A stretch of DNA of 63,819 bases, filler included, from Bdellovibrionota bacterium (GTDB taxonomy: Bacteria > Bdellovibrionota > Bdellovibrionia > Bdellovibrionales > JAEYZS01), in NCBI GenBank assembly GCA_963169515.1. It is 6 parts of 6 records of this genome, joined end to end, with 100 filler letters (N's around TTAATTAATTAA, not from the genome) between each part and the next. Parts side by side here need not be neighbours in the genome. Positions count along the whole stretch, not along the records: positions 10,912 to 23,913 come from CAUJEF010000078.1; positions 24,014 to 28,218 come from CAUJEF010000080.1; 4 more parts are not named here. One strand, given 5' to 3'. Positions 18,450 through 27,142 of the stretch are shown one piece after another. Position 1 is the stretch's first letter; the number at the start of each line of letters is the position of its first letter. Below the pieces are notes generated by a model. The model worked only from the letters and a program-made list of their open reading frames with translations. It did not search any database and had not been told where the DNA came from. The translations under genes were made by a program, and so were the position numbers.

Positions 18450-19295
18450 CTACACTGTCAATTCAGCCAAATCGACCGTATTTTTCATAAGCATTGCGAT
18501 TGTCATGGGTCCCACCCCACCGGGCACAGGCGTTACTGCCGACGCCCAGCCCTCGAGTTCTTCAAACTTCACGTCGCCACACAAATTTCCGTCAGCAGGC
18601 CTGTGCATTCCCACATCAATAACCACAGCACCTTTTTTTACACCTGCTTTACCAATCAATTTGGGTTGTCCGACTGCAACGACCAGTATGTCTGCGGTCG
18701 CAGTTATCTCTTCCAAGTTTTTTGTTTTGGAATGGCAAACCGTGACGGTGGCATCTGCTTCCATTAAATAAAGCGCCATCGGTTTGCCGACTATATTTGA
18801 TCGTCCAACAACAACGGCGTGCTTTCCAGCCACAGGAATTTTGTAATACTTAAGAATTTCCATAACCCCCTGCGGGGTGCATGATTTAACGCGCGATTGC
18901 CCAGCCCAAGAATAACCCAGGTTTTCGTAAGTCATCCCGTCTGGATCTTTGAATGGAGAAATCAATGACAGCACCTTGTTTTTATCAAATGCATCTGGCA
19001 GCGGTAACTGCACTAAAATGCCGTGAATATTTGAATCTAAATTCAATTTTCGTATCAAATCGTAAAGGCTTTCGACCGGGGCAAAGCTTTCAATATTATG
19101 CTGAAAAGAACGGATCCCAACCTGTTCACATTCAAGCTTTTTGTTGCGAACGTAAACCTTACTGGCGGGGTCTTCGCCCACCAAAATAACTGCTAATCCA
19201 GGGGGTTTTCCTGCTTTTTTTACGAACGCTTGGACGCGTTTTTTGGTCAGCTCTCGCCAGTGTTCAGCGACTTTTTTTCCATCGAGCAAAGTCAT
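18450..19295 (-). CDS. folD: Methylenetetrahydrofolate dehydrogenase/cyclohydrolase
   Basis: PAS.VYVRNK, GILVQLPLP, GRSNIVGKP, TPVPGGVGPMT. Confidence 0.96.
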   Translation of the reverse strand: MTLLDGKKVAEHWRELTKKRVQAFVKKAGKPPGLAVILVGEDPASKVYVRNKKLECEQVGIRSFQHNIESFAPVESLYDLIRKLNLDSNIHGILVQLPLPDAFDKNKVLSLISPFKDPDGMTYENLGYSWAGQSRVKSCTPQGVMEILKYYKIPVAGKHAVVVGRSNIVGKPMALYLMEADATVTVCHSKTKNLEEITATADILVVAVGQPKLIGKAGVKKGAVVIDVGMHRPADGNLCGDVKFEELEGWASAVTPVPGGVGPMTIAMLMKNTVDLAELTV

Positions 19296-19389
19296 GTAAA
19301 ACCTATAAAAATTTCAGCTGTTTAAATGCGTATTAACCCGAGCATTTTATACCCCACAGCCTTAACCATGCATATAACTCTTTTGAGTA

Positions 19390-19419
19390 TTGACCCAATA
19401 GGTCATTAGCCCTTATACT
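19390..19419 (+). promoter_or_regulatory. Sigma-70-type promoter with overlapping palindromic operator
   Basis: TTGACC-N18-TATACT; TGACC-N5-GGTCA at 19391-19405. Confidence 0.5.
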
Positions 19420-19446
19420 CTCCCAACCGTAACCATTGGAGGACAG

Positions 19447-19878
19447 ATGGAAAAAGTAGTTAAGGTATCAAAAGACGGAGCATCGATCGATTTTTTCCAG
19501 TCTGAGAAAATCCCAGTATCGCCAAAAAAATTTAGAAATGGGCCCGAGCTTGAAGGCTTTTACCGATTCATTTTTGAAAACGATTTGCGTCGCGAGGCTT
19601 TGGCAATTATTGATCGTATTTTCGTAGCCCGAAAAATAAAAAAGACCACAAAGCCTGCTGCAATGGAAGAGTCTAAAATGGATCCAAAGCAAGCCTTAAA
19701 AAAAGCCGCCAAAGATGCCGCTGCTGCAAAATTGGCTCCGGTAAAGATTAAAATCGAGACAATTGCAAAATCAGCCAAAAAGACCGTGGCTTCATCTACA
19801 AAAAAGCCTGCTACAAAAACTAAAAAAACTCCTGCTAAAAAAACTTCCAATAAAAAATCCGGCAAGAAAAAGAAATAA
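19447..19878 (+). CDS. Hypothetical protein with Lys/Ala-rich histone H1-like C-terminal tail
   Basis: GGAGG SD; globular N-terminus; KK-rich tail (AKKT, PAKKT). Confidence 0.75.
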   Translation: MEKVVKVSKDGASIDFFQSEKIPVSPKKFRNGPELEGFYRFIFENDLRREALAIIDRIFVARKIKKTTKPAAMEESKMDPKQALKKAAKDAAAAKLAPVKIKIETIAKSAKKTVASSTKKPATKTKKTPAKKTSNKKSGKKKK

Positions 19879-19973
19879 TCCGATAACCGGACTTAATGTT
19901 TCCCAGATGCGATAAAAGCCAGTTCCTCTGGCTTTTGCTTTTTGCACTCCTTCTTCTGCAAAGGAGCTTTTGC

Positions 19974-20213
19974 ATGAAGTTTTCAAATCAAGATGGACAG
20001 GGCCTTATCGAGTATTTAATTATTGTTGCTTTAATGGGTGTGGCCACAATCAGCATTTTAAGTGTCGTCGGCAGCAGTATGTCACGCAAGTTTGCCGGAA
20101 TTGCCAACGCCATTCAAGGCGACCCACAGGATGTCGGAAAAGTTGAAGTCAACGAAGGCCAATACAAGCGCAAGGACCTGGGTGATTTTCTTAAGGGAGC
20201 TGTCGTCAGATGA
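19974..20213 (+). CDS. Flp family type IVb pilin
   Basis: GQGLIEY motif followed by a hydrophobic helix; AAGGAG SD. Confidence 0.85.
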   Translation: MKFSNQDGQGLIEYLIIVALMGVATISILSVVGSSMSRKFAGIANAIQGDPQDVGKVEVNEGQYKRKDLGDFLKGAVVR

Positions 20214-20530
20214 TTCCCGCAGTTATTCTTGTTTTCAATTTTTTATTCTGGGGGCCTGGGATTGCAAAATCCATTTATCGGGGGGTGAGCGTCTTAATTT
20301 GTGATTATATTCTACACGAAGCGCTCATTTGTGCTGAAGAAATTCGTCTGCCGAATAACTGCAAAAAAGAGGCTGAAGACACCTTACAAGCAATCCTGCC
20401 ATGGAAGACATCAGTAAACGTATACATTCGCATGATTGATCGCAAATACAACGGGACAATGACCGTCGTATTTGATCAGAACCACATCCATACACGAAAT
20501 TTAACAATTAACATGGACAGGTTACTATGA
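20210..20530 (+). CDS. Hypothetical membrane-anchored protein in Flp/Tad cluster
   Basis: Coupled to the pilin gene; hydrophobic N-terminus. Confidence 0.55.
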   Translation: MIPAVILVFNFLFWGPGIAKSIYRGVSVLICDYILHEALICAEEIRLPNNCKKEAEDTLQAILPWKTSVNVYIRMIDRKYNGTMTVVFDQNHIHTRNLTINMDRLL

Positions 20531-21198
20531 AACAGCGTGGCTTTATAATGCTCGGTCTGATTGGATTTTTGCCTGTCTTGGTGACGCTATTAATTTCTAT
20601 TTCTGCTCTGGGTTTATATTTGAAAACCCGATCATCCACGCATTACAAATGTCGCAAAGAGCTACTGTCGATTCAAAAAGAAATGGTTCAGTCGCTTAAT
20701 CAATTGCAAGCCCTTAACCCAAAGGCAACGGGTTTGCGAGCTCAAGAAAAAATATTGAAAGCAAGTCTTGCCGTTGCTGTAGTGTCAAACCCTCCGGCTG
20801 TGCCGGGGTTGCGCGCTCAACTTGCCGCAAATCAAGCGCAACAAAGTTCGCTCCATTTAAAACAACTTGCAATCATAGGTAGCGCAACTGTTAAATCCAA
20901 GCACAGCCTCACAAATCTAAGATCAGATCTCCATGCACAAAATATTTATTCTGATATCCCACGTCTTGCTGTTGAACCCATTCCGCCCTCTGCAATTGCC
21001 CCAGACTATGTACCCGTTCGCCAGTTTGAATTTCGCCAAGCAATCTCAGTGGAGTGGCAAAACGATAAAAACAAATACTTAAAGCCTCTTTTTGAAAATG
21101 AACGAAACCTACCCACTTTGAAGGGGCAATGCTCAGCTACGATTTCTAAAAACGCGAGGAACCAATGGACAGAAAAGCTCGGAATGGCCAGTCTCTGA
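20527..21198 (+). CDS. Pilin-like/Tad-associated protein
   Basis: Prepilin-like MKQRGF followed by a transmembrane segment. Confidence 0.6.
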   Translation: MKQRGFIMLGLIGFLPVLVTLLISISALGLYLKTRSSTHYKCRKELLSIQKEMVQSLNQLQALNPKATGLRAQEKILKASLAVAVVSNPPAVPGLRAQLAANQAQQSSLHLKQLAIIGSATVKSKHSLTNLRSDLHAQNIYSDIPRLAVEPIPPSAIAPDYVPVRQFEFRQAISVEWQNDKNKYLKPLFENERNLPTLKGQCSATISKNARNQWTEKLGMASL

Positions 21199-21386
21199 TA
21201 GAGTTTTTAATCGTAGCTGCATCCCTTACAGGTGGACTGTTGTTCGGCGTTCGAATTTTGCAGTCCACATACTGCGTGGTCAGAAAACACGAATTCGGAC
21301 AGGATTACAATAACGCTTGGGAACGAAAGGCCTGCAATGAAAAAAATCTTAATAAATCTTTCGAAATACATCGACGATTTCGATAA
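21165..21386 (+). CDS. TadE-like pseudopilin
   Basis: RNGQSLIEF followed by a hydrophobic helix. Confidence 0.6.
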   Translation: MDRKARNGQSLIEFLIVAASLTGGLLFGVRILQSTYCVVRKHEFGQDYNNAWERKACNEKNLNKSFEIHRRFR

Positions 21387-21840
21387 GTTTATAAAACCAA
21401 AAACACTTTATATAACATTCATTGCTATCGGCGTACTTGCATTGCTATGGGACCTGAGACATTCCAGCTCCCCTCCGGATGCCCCCAAAAAAATCGATAT
21501 TTCGACTGTCGACACGCTCATTCCCGAGGGGTACGTTCTTGTGCCCATCGATATTCAAAACTATGCGGCACTGGATTCAATGATTGGCTCTTATGGCGTG
21601 GTTGATCTGTTCGCGCCCACAGGTACTAGCGATGGATCAAAAAGAGTGGCTCAAAAGGTTAAAATAATTCGTGCACCATTAAATCCATCGCAGTTTGCTG
21701 TCCTTATTAAAGAAGAAAATTCTACTGAGATCGCACGTTACCCAGGTGCATTCTACGTCATGGTTCAAAATCCAACAAAGCAAGGCGCAGAGTTTACAAA
21801 AAAGTTTAAAAGAAGTGCCATTATTACAGAGGATATATGA
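21337..21840 (+). CDS. CpaB/RcpC-like Flp assembly protein
   Basis: Transmembrane segment then IPEGYVLVPI...VDL; Tad context. Confidence 0.5.
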   Translation: MKKILINLSKYIDDFDKFIKPKTLYITFIAIGVLALLWDLRHSSSPPDAPKKIDISTVDTLIPEGYVLVPIDIQNYAALDSMIGSYGVVDLFAPTGTSDGSKRVAQKVKIIRAPLNPSQFAVLIKEENSTEIARYPGAFYVMVQNPTKQGAEFTKKFKRSAIITEDI

Positions 21841-22799
21841 AAAACATCATTATTTGGCTTATGGTATTTTGTATGTCCGCCAATGCATCGGCCTCTGTTG
21901 CCATCCGCGGCCTGGGATCTTCAGAAGAACAATTCGCTGGGTTTATTGCAAACCAAAAAGCTAAGCTAAAAAGCTTTACGGCAGATCACATAGAAGGTAA
22001 AACAGACGAACTAAAATCACAAAAAATTACCGGCCTATTCGAAGATGGATTGAAATATTTTTTCGCTGGTTCAAAAAAAATGGCCTCTGAAAGTTTTTTA
22101 GAGATCATTTCATACGCGTACGATTCTGACTGGCGTGTAAATCAAACGGACATGATCGTCCAGTCATATATTAAACTCGCTACGTTGAATCCAAACAAAG
22201 AAACCGAATATTTGAAACAGGCAATAAATTTCCAATATGAATACGCGCCGGCTTCAGAAAAATGGAAAAGCGTTCGGGATAAAATAAAGATTTTGCATTG
22301 GCAAATGACGCCTTTTAAAAAATTTGATTACGTCATCGTAAATAGCAAACCTTACAATCTAAAGTCGACGGACGAAATCTTGTTACCCATCGCAGAGCAC
22401 CGGATCACTTTTGTTTCAAACCTGTATCGTCCCCAGACCTTTCGTATGCACACAGATCAATTGGCCGTGATGGCGGCACCGACAATTCCATTTTTGGATG
22501 GGGACTGCGAAAATCCCGGCCCTGCCCCAGATGGGGATGTCATCGCGTTTTTTAACAGCAACTGTATCAAAGAAAATAATGGCGCGCGGTGGGTAAACTA
22601 TAATGAACATACACCGCCCGACCTGAACCCCGAAACGCCCTCACAGTCGTTCACGAATTTCGGTGATGGGCCAAAACCCCTTTCCAAAAAAGCTTGGTTT
22701 TGGGCAGCAATTGGCGTTATCGCCGGGACAATTATTTGGGTAGCGACAAAGAAGAAAGCTTCGGTAGGTCCCTCCACAGAAACTGTTGATGTTGAATAG
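21837..22799 (+). CDS. Secreted protein with C-terminal membrane anchor
   Basis: Signal peptide; C-terminal KKAWFWAAIGVIAGTIIWV. Confidence 0.7.
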   Translation: MKNIIIWLMVFCMSANASASVAIRGLGSSEEQFAGFIANQKAKLKSFTADHIEGKTDELKSQKITGLFEDGLKYFFAGSKKMASESFLEIISYAYDSDWRVNQTDMIVQSYIKLATLNPNKETEYLKQAINFQYEYAPASEKWKSVRDKIKILHWQMTPFKKFDYVIVNSKPYNLKSTDEILLPIAEHRITFVSNLYRPQTFRMHTDQLAVMAAPTIPFLDGDCENPGPAPDGDVIAFFNSNCIKENNGARWVNYNEHTPPDLNPETPSQSFTNFGDGPKPLSKKAWFWAAIGVIAGTIIWVATKKKASVGPSTETVDVE

Positions 22800-22846
22800 A
22801 GATTACATGAACACTTCCAATCATTTATTGCATATTGAATATTTCA

Positions 22847-22875
22847 TTGAATTATTATATAATTTAAATTATACT
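22847..22875 (+). promoter_or_regulatory. Sigma-70 promoter of TA operon with 16-bp palindromic operator
   Basis: TTGAAT-N17-TATACT; perfect palindrome TATAATTTAAATTATA at 22858-22873. Confidence 0.6.
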
Positions 22876-22895
22876 CTTTCTTAAAGGGTCGCAAC

Positions 22896-23141
22896 TTGGA
22901 GCAACCTCAATACGTTTTGGATTGTTTGCGAGATGGCGACTACCGGATTACATTACATGCGAAGCAACGAATGGCTGAACGTAATGTCTCCTATGCTGAT
23001 ATTCGATCATGCAGTGAAACTGGAACGATTACGTTGGGGCCCGATGGCAAAATAAAGATTGTGGGCTCTGATATTGAAGGTGAAGAGCTAACTTTGATCT
23101 GTGCAGAAGAAGATAGTGTTTTAATTATCACGGTTTTTTAG
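22896..23141 (+). CDS. DUF4258/RelE-like toxin
   Basis: ITLHAKQRMAERNVS...VLIITVF. Confidence 0.75.
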   Translation: MEQPQYVLDCLRDGDYRITLHAKQRMAERNVSYADIRSCSETGTITLGPDGKIKIVGSDIEGEELTLICAEEDSVLIITVF

Positions 23142-23153
23142 GAGCCCTTAGGA

Positions 23154-23570
23154 GTGCTAATGAAAAAATGGAAAGAAAATCTCGCTGGCCTTATAAGTCT
23201 TGAATATGTTCATTTCATTAATGTCCCCATGAAAGATTCGAAACACGGCCCCGTGATCGACCTAGCGCCTGATGTATTGGAAACATTGGCAGCAAAAGCT
23301 GTGATTACCCACCGAGTTCCTCTTCGCGGAAAAGAAGTTAAATTTTTGAGAAAAACAATCGGTCTTTCGCTCGAAAAATTCGCGAACAAACTGGGTCTTA
23401 CTTCTGGAAGCGTCTTTCACTGGGAAAGGGCTGGAAATGAACGATTGGCCCCAATTAACGAGGCTGCCGTTCGTTCTCTTGTCGCTGAAGAATTGAATAT
23501 TGAAATATCGGGAAAGTTCTCGGACCTGCTTGGTGAAAAAATCTGCAAAATTAAAGTGAAGGCCAGTTAG
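23154..23570 (+). CDS. XRE helix-turn-helix antitoxin (MqsA/HigA-like)
   Basis: EVKFLRKTIGLSLEKFANKLGLTSGSVFHWE. Confidence 0.8.
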   Translation: MLMKKWKENLAGLISLEYVHFINVPMKDSKHGPVIDLAPDVLETLAAKAVITHRVPLRGKEVKFLRKTIGLSLEKFANKLGLTSGSVFHWERAGNERLAPINEAAVRSLVAEELNIEISGKFSDLLGEKICKIKVKAS

Positions 23571-23621
23571 GAAATCGAAAAACTGCTGACCTTGCTGAAG
23601 TTCCCCCCAATTCAAGTGAAC

Positions 23622-23853
23622 ACTTTATAACGCAGCCTTTCGTCTCCATGAGATGGTTGAATGTCCGTATTTCGGACGCAGCATTCTAGGTCCTCCTTGG
23701 AGATAGGGGGCGATATGAAACGTAGAAAAGCTGCGAGGCTTTATTATGTTAATTATCGGAAGGTTCTCCATAAACTTAACGGCCTTTGGAGTGTTGTACG
23801 TTTGTCCTTTCTCCTTGGGAAGTTGGTTTATTTTCTTTATGAAATACTGAGGT
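23622..23853 (+). repeat. Dispersed ~230-bp element, copy 1 (structured leader plus small ORF)
   Basis: Homologous to the minus strand of 29375-29605. Confidence 0.9.
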
Positions 23854-23855
23854 AG
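23715..23855 (+). CDS. 46-aa basic/hydrophobic peptide (type I toxin candidate), copy 1
   Basis: MKRRKAARLYYVNYRKVLHKLNGLWSVVRLSFLLGKLVYFLYEILR; AGGGGG SD; frame conserved without indels in copy 2. Confidence 0.6.
   Translation: MKRRKAARLYYVNYRKVLHKLNGLWSVVRLSFLLGKLVYFLYEILR
23753..23779 (-). promoter_or_regulatory. Sigma-28 (FliA)-type promoter antisense to the small ORF
   Basis: TTAAGTTT-N11-TCCGATAA versus the consensus TAAAGTTT-N11-GCCGATAA; identical in copy 2. Confidence 0.6.
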
Positions 23856-23913
23856 TCCTAGGGCGGGCTTGGAACTCTAAATTCTTTAGTTAAAACCCAA
23901 GGGGTTGATCGGG

Positions 23914-24013
23914 NNNNNNNNNNNNNNNNNNNNNNNNNNNNNNNNNNNNNNNNNNNNTTAATTAATTAANNNNNNNNNNNNNNNNNNNNNNNNNNNNNNN
24001 NNNNNNNNNNNNN
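23914..24013. other. Artificial contig linker
   Basis: N44-TTAATTAATTAA-N44. Confidence 0.98.
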
Positions 24014-24272
24014 CAACGGGTCCTGTCGGAAGCAAAAGTGTGAAGCCTTTTTTTAAATCGACCATCGTTGAATCGGACAACCACGCTTTCTGAGAGTTAT
24101 TGATTCTTTGTGAATGAAAGACACCGAACGGATTTTCCCAAAGTTCTGGCGAACGAATCCCCAGCTTTTCTGTTACGTCAATCAATGAGACCTTATAACC
24201 ATGCGTGGCCAATTCTTTAGCTAACCAATGCGCTCGCCCATAAGCAGACACCAAGGTTATTTTTTGTAACAT
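24014..24272 (-). CDS. Hypothetical protein with degenerate Rossmann-like N-terminus, 3'-truncated
   Basis: ITLVSAYGRAHWLAKELA..GYKVSLIDV; runs into the linker. Confidence 0.6.
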
Positions 24273-24823
24273 TCAAACACCCTTCTCACAACACGATGCT
24301 CACTGATGTGGATTTGGAATTCACTTGATTCTAAAGTATCTGTCGAAACTATCTTTCGCTGCAACAATATCAGTCCCTTATCGACGGCAGGAGTGACTTC
24401 GTGAATGGTTACACCCATTGGCGCCTTGTCGTTAAAAGAACGTTCGATGCTTTTTAACCCTGGATAGGTTGGCAACAGGCTAGGATGAACATTAAAAATC
24501 CGGCCAGACCAATTTTTCAGAAAATTTTCAGGACAAATTTTCATAAATCCCGCTAAAAAAATATAATCTATCAGATACCGTTTCAGTTGATTTTGCAAGT
24601 CATCCCAATCATTATTTTCAAAATGGTAAGTGGGGATTCCGCGACGACGTGCGCGACTTAGACCATAGGCGTTTTTCTTATCGCTTATAACAAGTCCCAC
24701 GCTTAAAACCGGATCGAGATCTAACAAGGCACTTAGGTTTGATCCTGTGCCGGATATCATGACCGCCCAATTTGATCTCAGCGTGTCAGTAATCGTAGAC
24801 AATTTTTTGTGATCCTTTTTCAA
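24257..24823 (-). CDS. purN: Phosphoribosylglycinamide formyltransferase (start uncertain)
   Basis: ISGTGSNL, LAGFMKI, NVHPSLLP.YPG, GVTIHEV..AVD.G. Confidence 0.92.
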   Translation of the reverse strand: MKKDHKKLSTITDTLRSNWAVMISGTGSNLSALLDLDPVLSVGLVISDKKNAYGLSRARRRGIPTYHFENNDWDDLQNQLKRYLIDYIFLAGFMKICPENFLKNWSGRIFNVHPSLLPTYPGLKSIERSFNDKAPMGVTIHEVTPAVDKGLILLQRKIVSTDTLESSEFQIHISEHRVVRRVFECYKK

Positions 24824-25775
24824 TTGTACCCAATGGATACGTTCGATAACCTAACTGATGTGCTTGATTGATAACCGTTTTTGCAAAATCCGGCGCAACA
24901 ATGACGACCAGCCCAATCCCACAGTTTAGTGTCGTCAGCATCTCTGCATAGGACATTCCTGTGCGTCTTTGCACTTCTTTAAATTCTTCAGGCCATTCCC
25001 ATTTTTCTAACTTTAAAGTCACATCGTCCGGCAAAACCCGCGGGATGTTTTCGACTCCTCCTCCGGTAATGTGAGCCACACTTTTAATTTTTGAATGATC
25101 CATGGAAAGTATTAAATTTACATAAATATGGGTCGGTGTCAGAAGCCTTTTCGCCCAATCTTCCATATCTTTTTCAAATACCTTTCGGATCAAGGAATAA
25201 CCGTTGGAATGAAATCCACTACTCGAAATTCCGATGGCAATATCGCCAATTTTCACTTTGTGCTTTCCCAGCATTTTCTCTTGATCAACAACACCCACAG
25301 CAAAACCGGCACAGTCGAAGTCTTTGCCGTGGTACATCCCCGGCATTTCTGCGGTCTCGCCACCGACAAGGGCACATTGGGCCTCGGCACAGGATTTTCG
25401 AACACCAGTCAAAAACTGCTTTGCAGCGGCCAAATCCAACTTTCCTGTCGCATAGTAATCCAAGAAAAAAAGCGGTCTTGCGCCCGTTGTGATCAAATCG
25501 TTCACGCACATCGCGACCAAGTCTTGAGCTACGGACTCATAACTTTCAAAATCGATGGCAATTTTTAGCTTTGTCCCCACGCCGTCTGTTGATGAAACCA
25601 GAAGTGGTCTTTTCATCTCGGGAAAGTCGCCTCGAAATAGCGATGCAAACCCCCCGATGCCTTCAACCAGCCGATCTTGATGCGGAATTTTTTGGGGAGC
25701 AGATTCTGAGAGCCAGTCAACCAAACGATCACCAGTCTCGATGTCTACGCCGGAATCTTTGTAATTAAAACCCAT
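24786..25775 (-). CDS. purM: AIR synthetase
   Basis: YKDSGVDI, STDGVGTK, DLVAMCVND, GGETAEMPG, SSGFHSNGYS, HITGGG. Confidence 0.96.
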   Translation of the reverse strand: MGFNYKDSGVDIETGDRLVDWLSESAPQKIPHQDRLVEGIGGFASLFRGDFPEMKRPLLVSSTDGVGTKLKIAIDFESYESVAQDLVAMCVNDLITTGARPLFFLDYYATGKLDLAAAKQFLTGVRKSCAEAQCALVGGETAEMPGMYHGKDFDCAGFAVGVVDQEKMLGKHKVKIGDIAIGISSSGFHSNGYSLIRKVFEKDMEDWAKRLLTPTHIYVNLILSMDHSKIKSVAHITGGGVENIPRVLPDDVTLKLEKWEWPEEFKEVQRRTGMSYAEMLTTLNCGIGLVVIVAPDFAKTVINQAHQLGYRTYPLGTIEKGSQKIVYDY

Positions 25776-26149
25776 TCTTAGCTATCCGATGTAAGCGACC
25801 GAAACCACACCGCTTTTTAAAGCTGAAAGCAAGACCAAAAAGCGACGGTTTTGGGCTGTTTTGTATACTCTTTATCTATCAAATAATCGATTAAATTACA
25901 AAAGAAACCTTTTCTTAACTCAAACCTCATTAAATACCTAATCACCCATGGCTTCTGCCTTGCTCTTCTATTTACTTAGGACGAATTTATGATGTTTATA
26001 TGTGCATCCCTCTTATCGGCAATTATCATGGTGAGTTTTGAGCGCCGCCTAAATGGCATCCTCGCGGCTGTATTGTGGTTCGCATTTTCTGCCTACGCAT
26101 TCCTTTAAAATCTCTTTATTAATAACTCAAAAATAGCTACCTTTAACAA

Positions 26150-27142
26150 ATGAAACAGCGGTTTCTCATTATTCGATTTTCCAGCTTTGGAGATATTGTC
26201 CAATGCCTGGGGGTACCTAAAGCATTTTTGCACGCATTCCCTGAAGCTGAAATCCACTGGGCCATTCGCTCAGACTTCAAACCCCTTTTGCAAGATCACC
26301 CCCATATAAATAAAGTTTGGGACTATGACCGAAAAACCGGACTCAAAGGTCTGTGGGCATTAATTCAGCAACTAAAGCAAGCCCAATTTACCCACGTTTA
26401 TGATGCCCATAACAACATTCGCTCACGTCTAATTTGTTTTTTTATAAAACCCAATTACTTCATTCGACGTTCAAAAGATCGAATCAAAAGAATCTTGCTG
26501 TTCGTTTTTAGAAAAAATCTTCTGCCAAAACCGTTTGTCGCCCAAAAATCTTTTTTGGAGCCTCTTCTTAGCTGGGGTGTAATCCCGCATATTCCGCCGC
26601 CGCCACAGTTTTTCATTAAGCCTGAAACATTTGAAAAGATCAAAAACCTGATTCCCTTCTCATCGTATGTCGCACTTTCACCGTCGGCCGCGTGGGAACT
26701 CAAGCGATGGCCCGTGAATTATTGGAAGAAGCTGATTGAATTAACCTCGGAAAACTTTGTCATTCTCGGCGGCCCTGAAGACAGCTTTTGTTCAGAACTT
26801 GTCCTAAAAGGCGAAGAAAAACGGATTGTCAATTTAGCCGGCCGCTTGACCCTGATAGAAAGTTGTTCTGTCGTCGAAAAGGCGAAACTTCTCATAGCAA
26901 ATGACACGGGCCTAATGCACGTTGCAGACCAATTGGGGATCCCATTAATTTCGCTCATCGGTCCGACGGCTTTTGGCTACCCGGCAAGTTCCCGAGCGAA
27001 AGTCCTAGAAGTTAGTCTGCCGTGTAAGCCGTGTTCAAAAGACGGTCGCGGCCGTTGCCGAAATGCAACCTATAAGAAATGTTTGCGAGATATTTCCCCA
27101 GAACGAGCTGTTATTGCAGTTCAGGAGCTTCTAAATGCGTAA
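26150..27142 (+). CDS. GT9 ADP-heptose:LPS heptosyltransferase
   Basis: IIRFSSFGDIV, KRWP, NDTGLMHVA. Confidence 0.88.
   Translation: MKQRFLIIRFSSFGDIVQCLGVPKAFLHAFPEAEIHWAIRSDFKPLLQDHPHINKVWDYDRKTGLKGLWALIQQLKQAQFTHVYDAHNNIRSRLICFFIKPNYFIRRSKDRIKRILLFVFRKNLLPKPFVAQKSFLEPLLSWGVIPHIPPPPQFFIKPETFEKIKNLIPFSSYVALSPSAAWELKRWPVNYWKKLIELTSENFVILGGPEDSFCSELVLKGEEKRIVNLAGRLTLIESCSVVEKAKLLIANDTGLMHVADQLGIPLISLIGPTAFGYPASSRAKVLEVSLPCKPCSKDGRGRCRNATYKKCLRDISPERAVIAVQELLNA

Noticed and set aside
25776..25900. Possible purine or ZTP riboswitch upstream of purM
   Set aside because: No recognisable conserved aptamer nucleotides.
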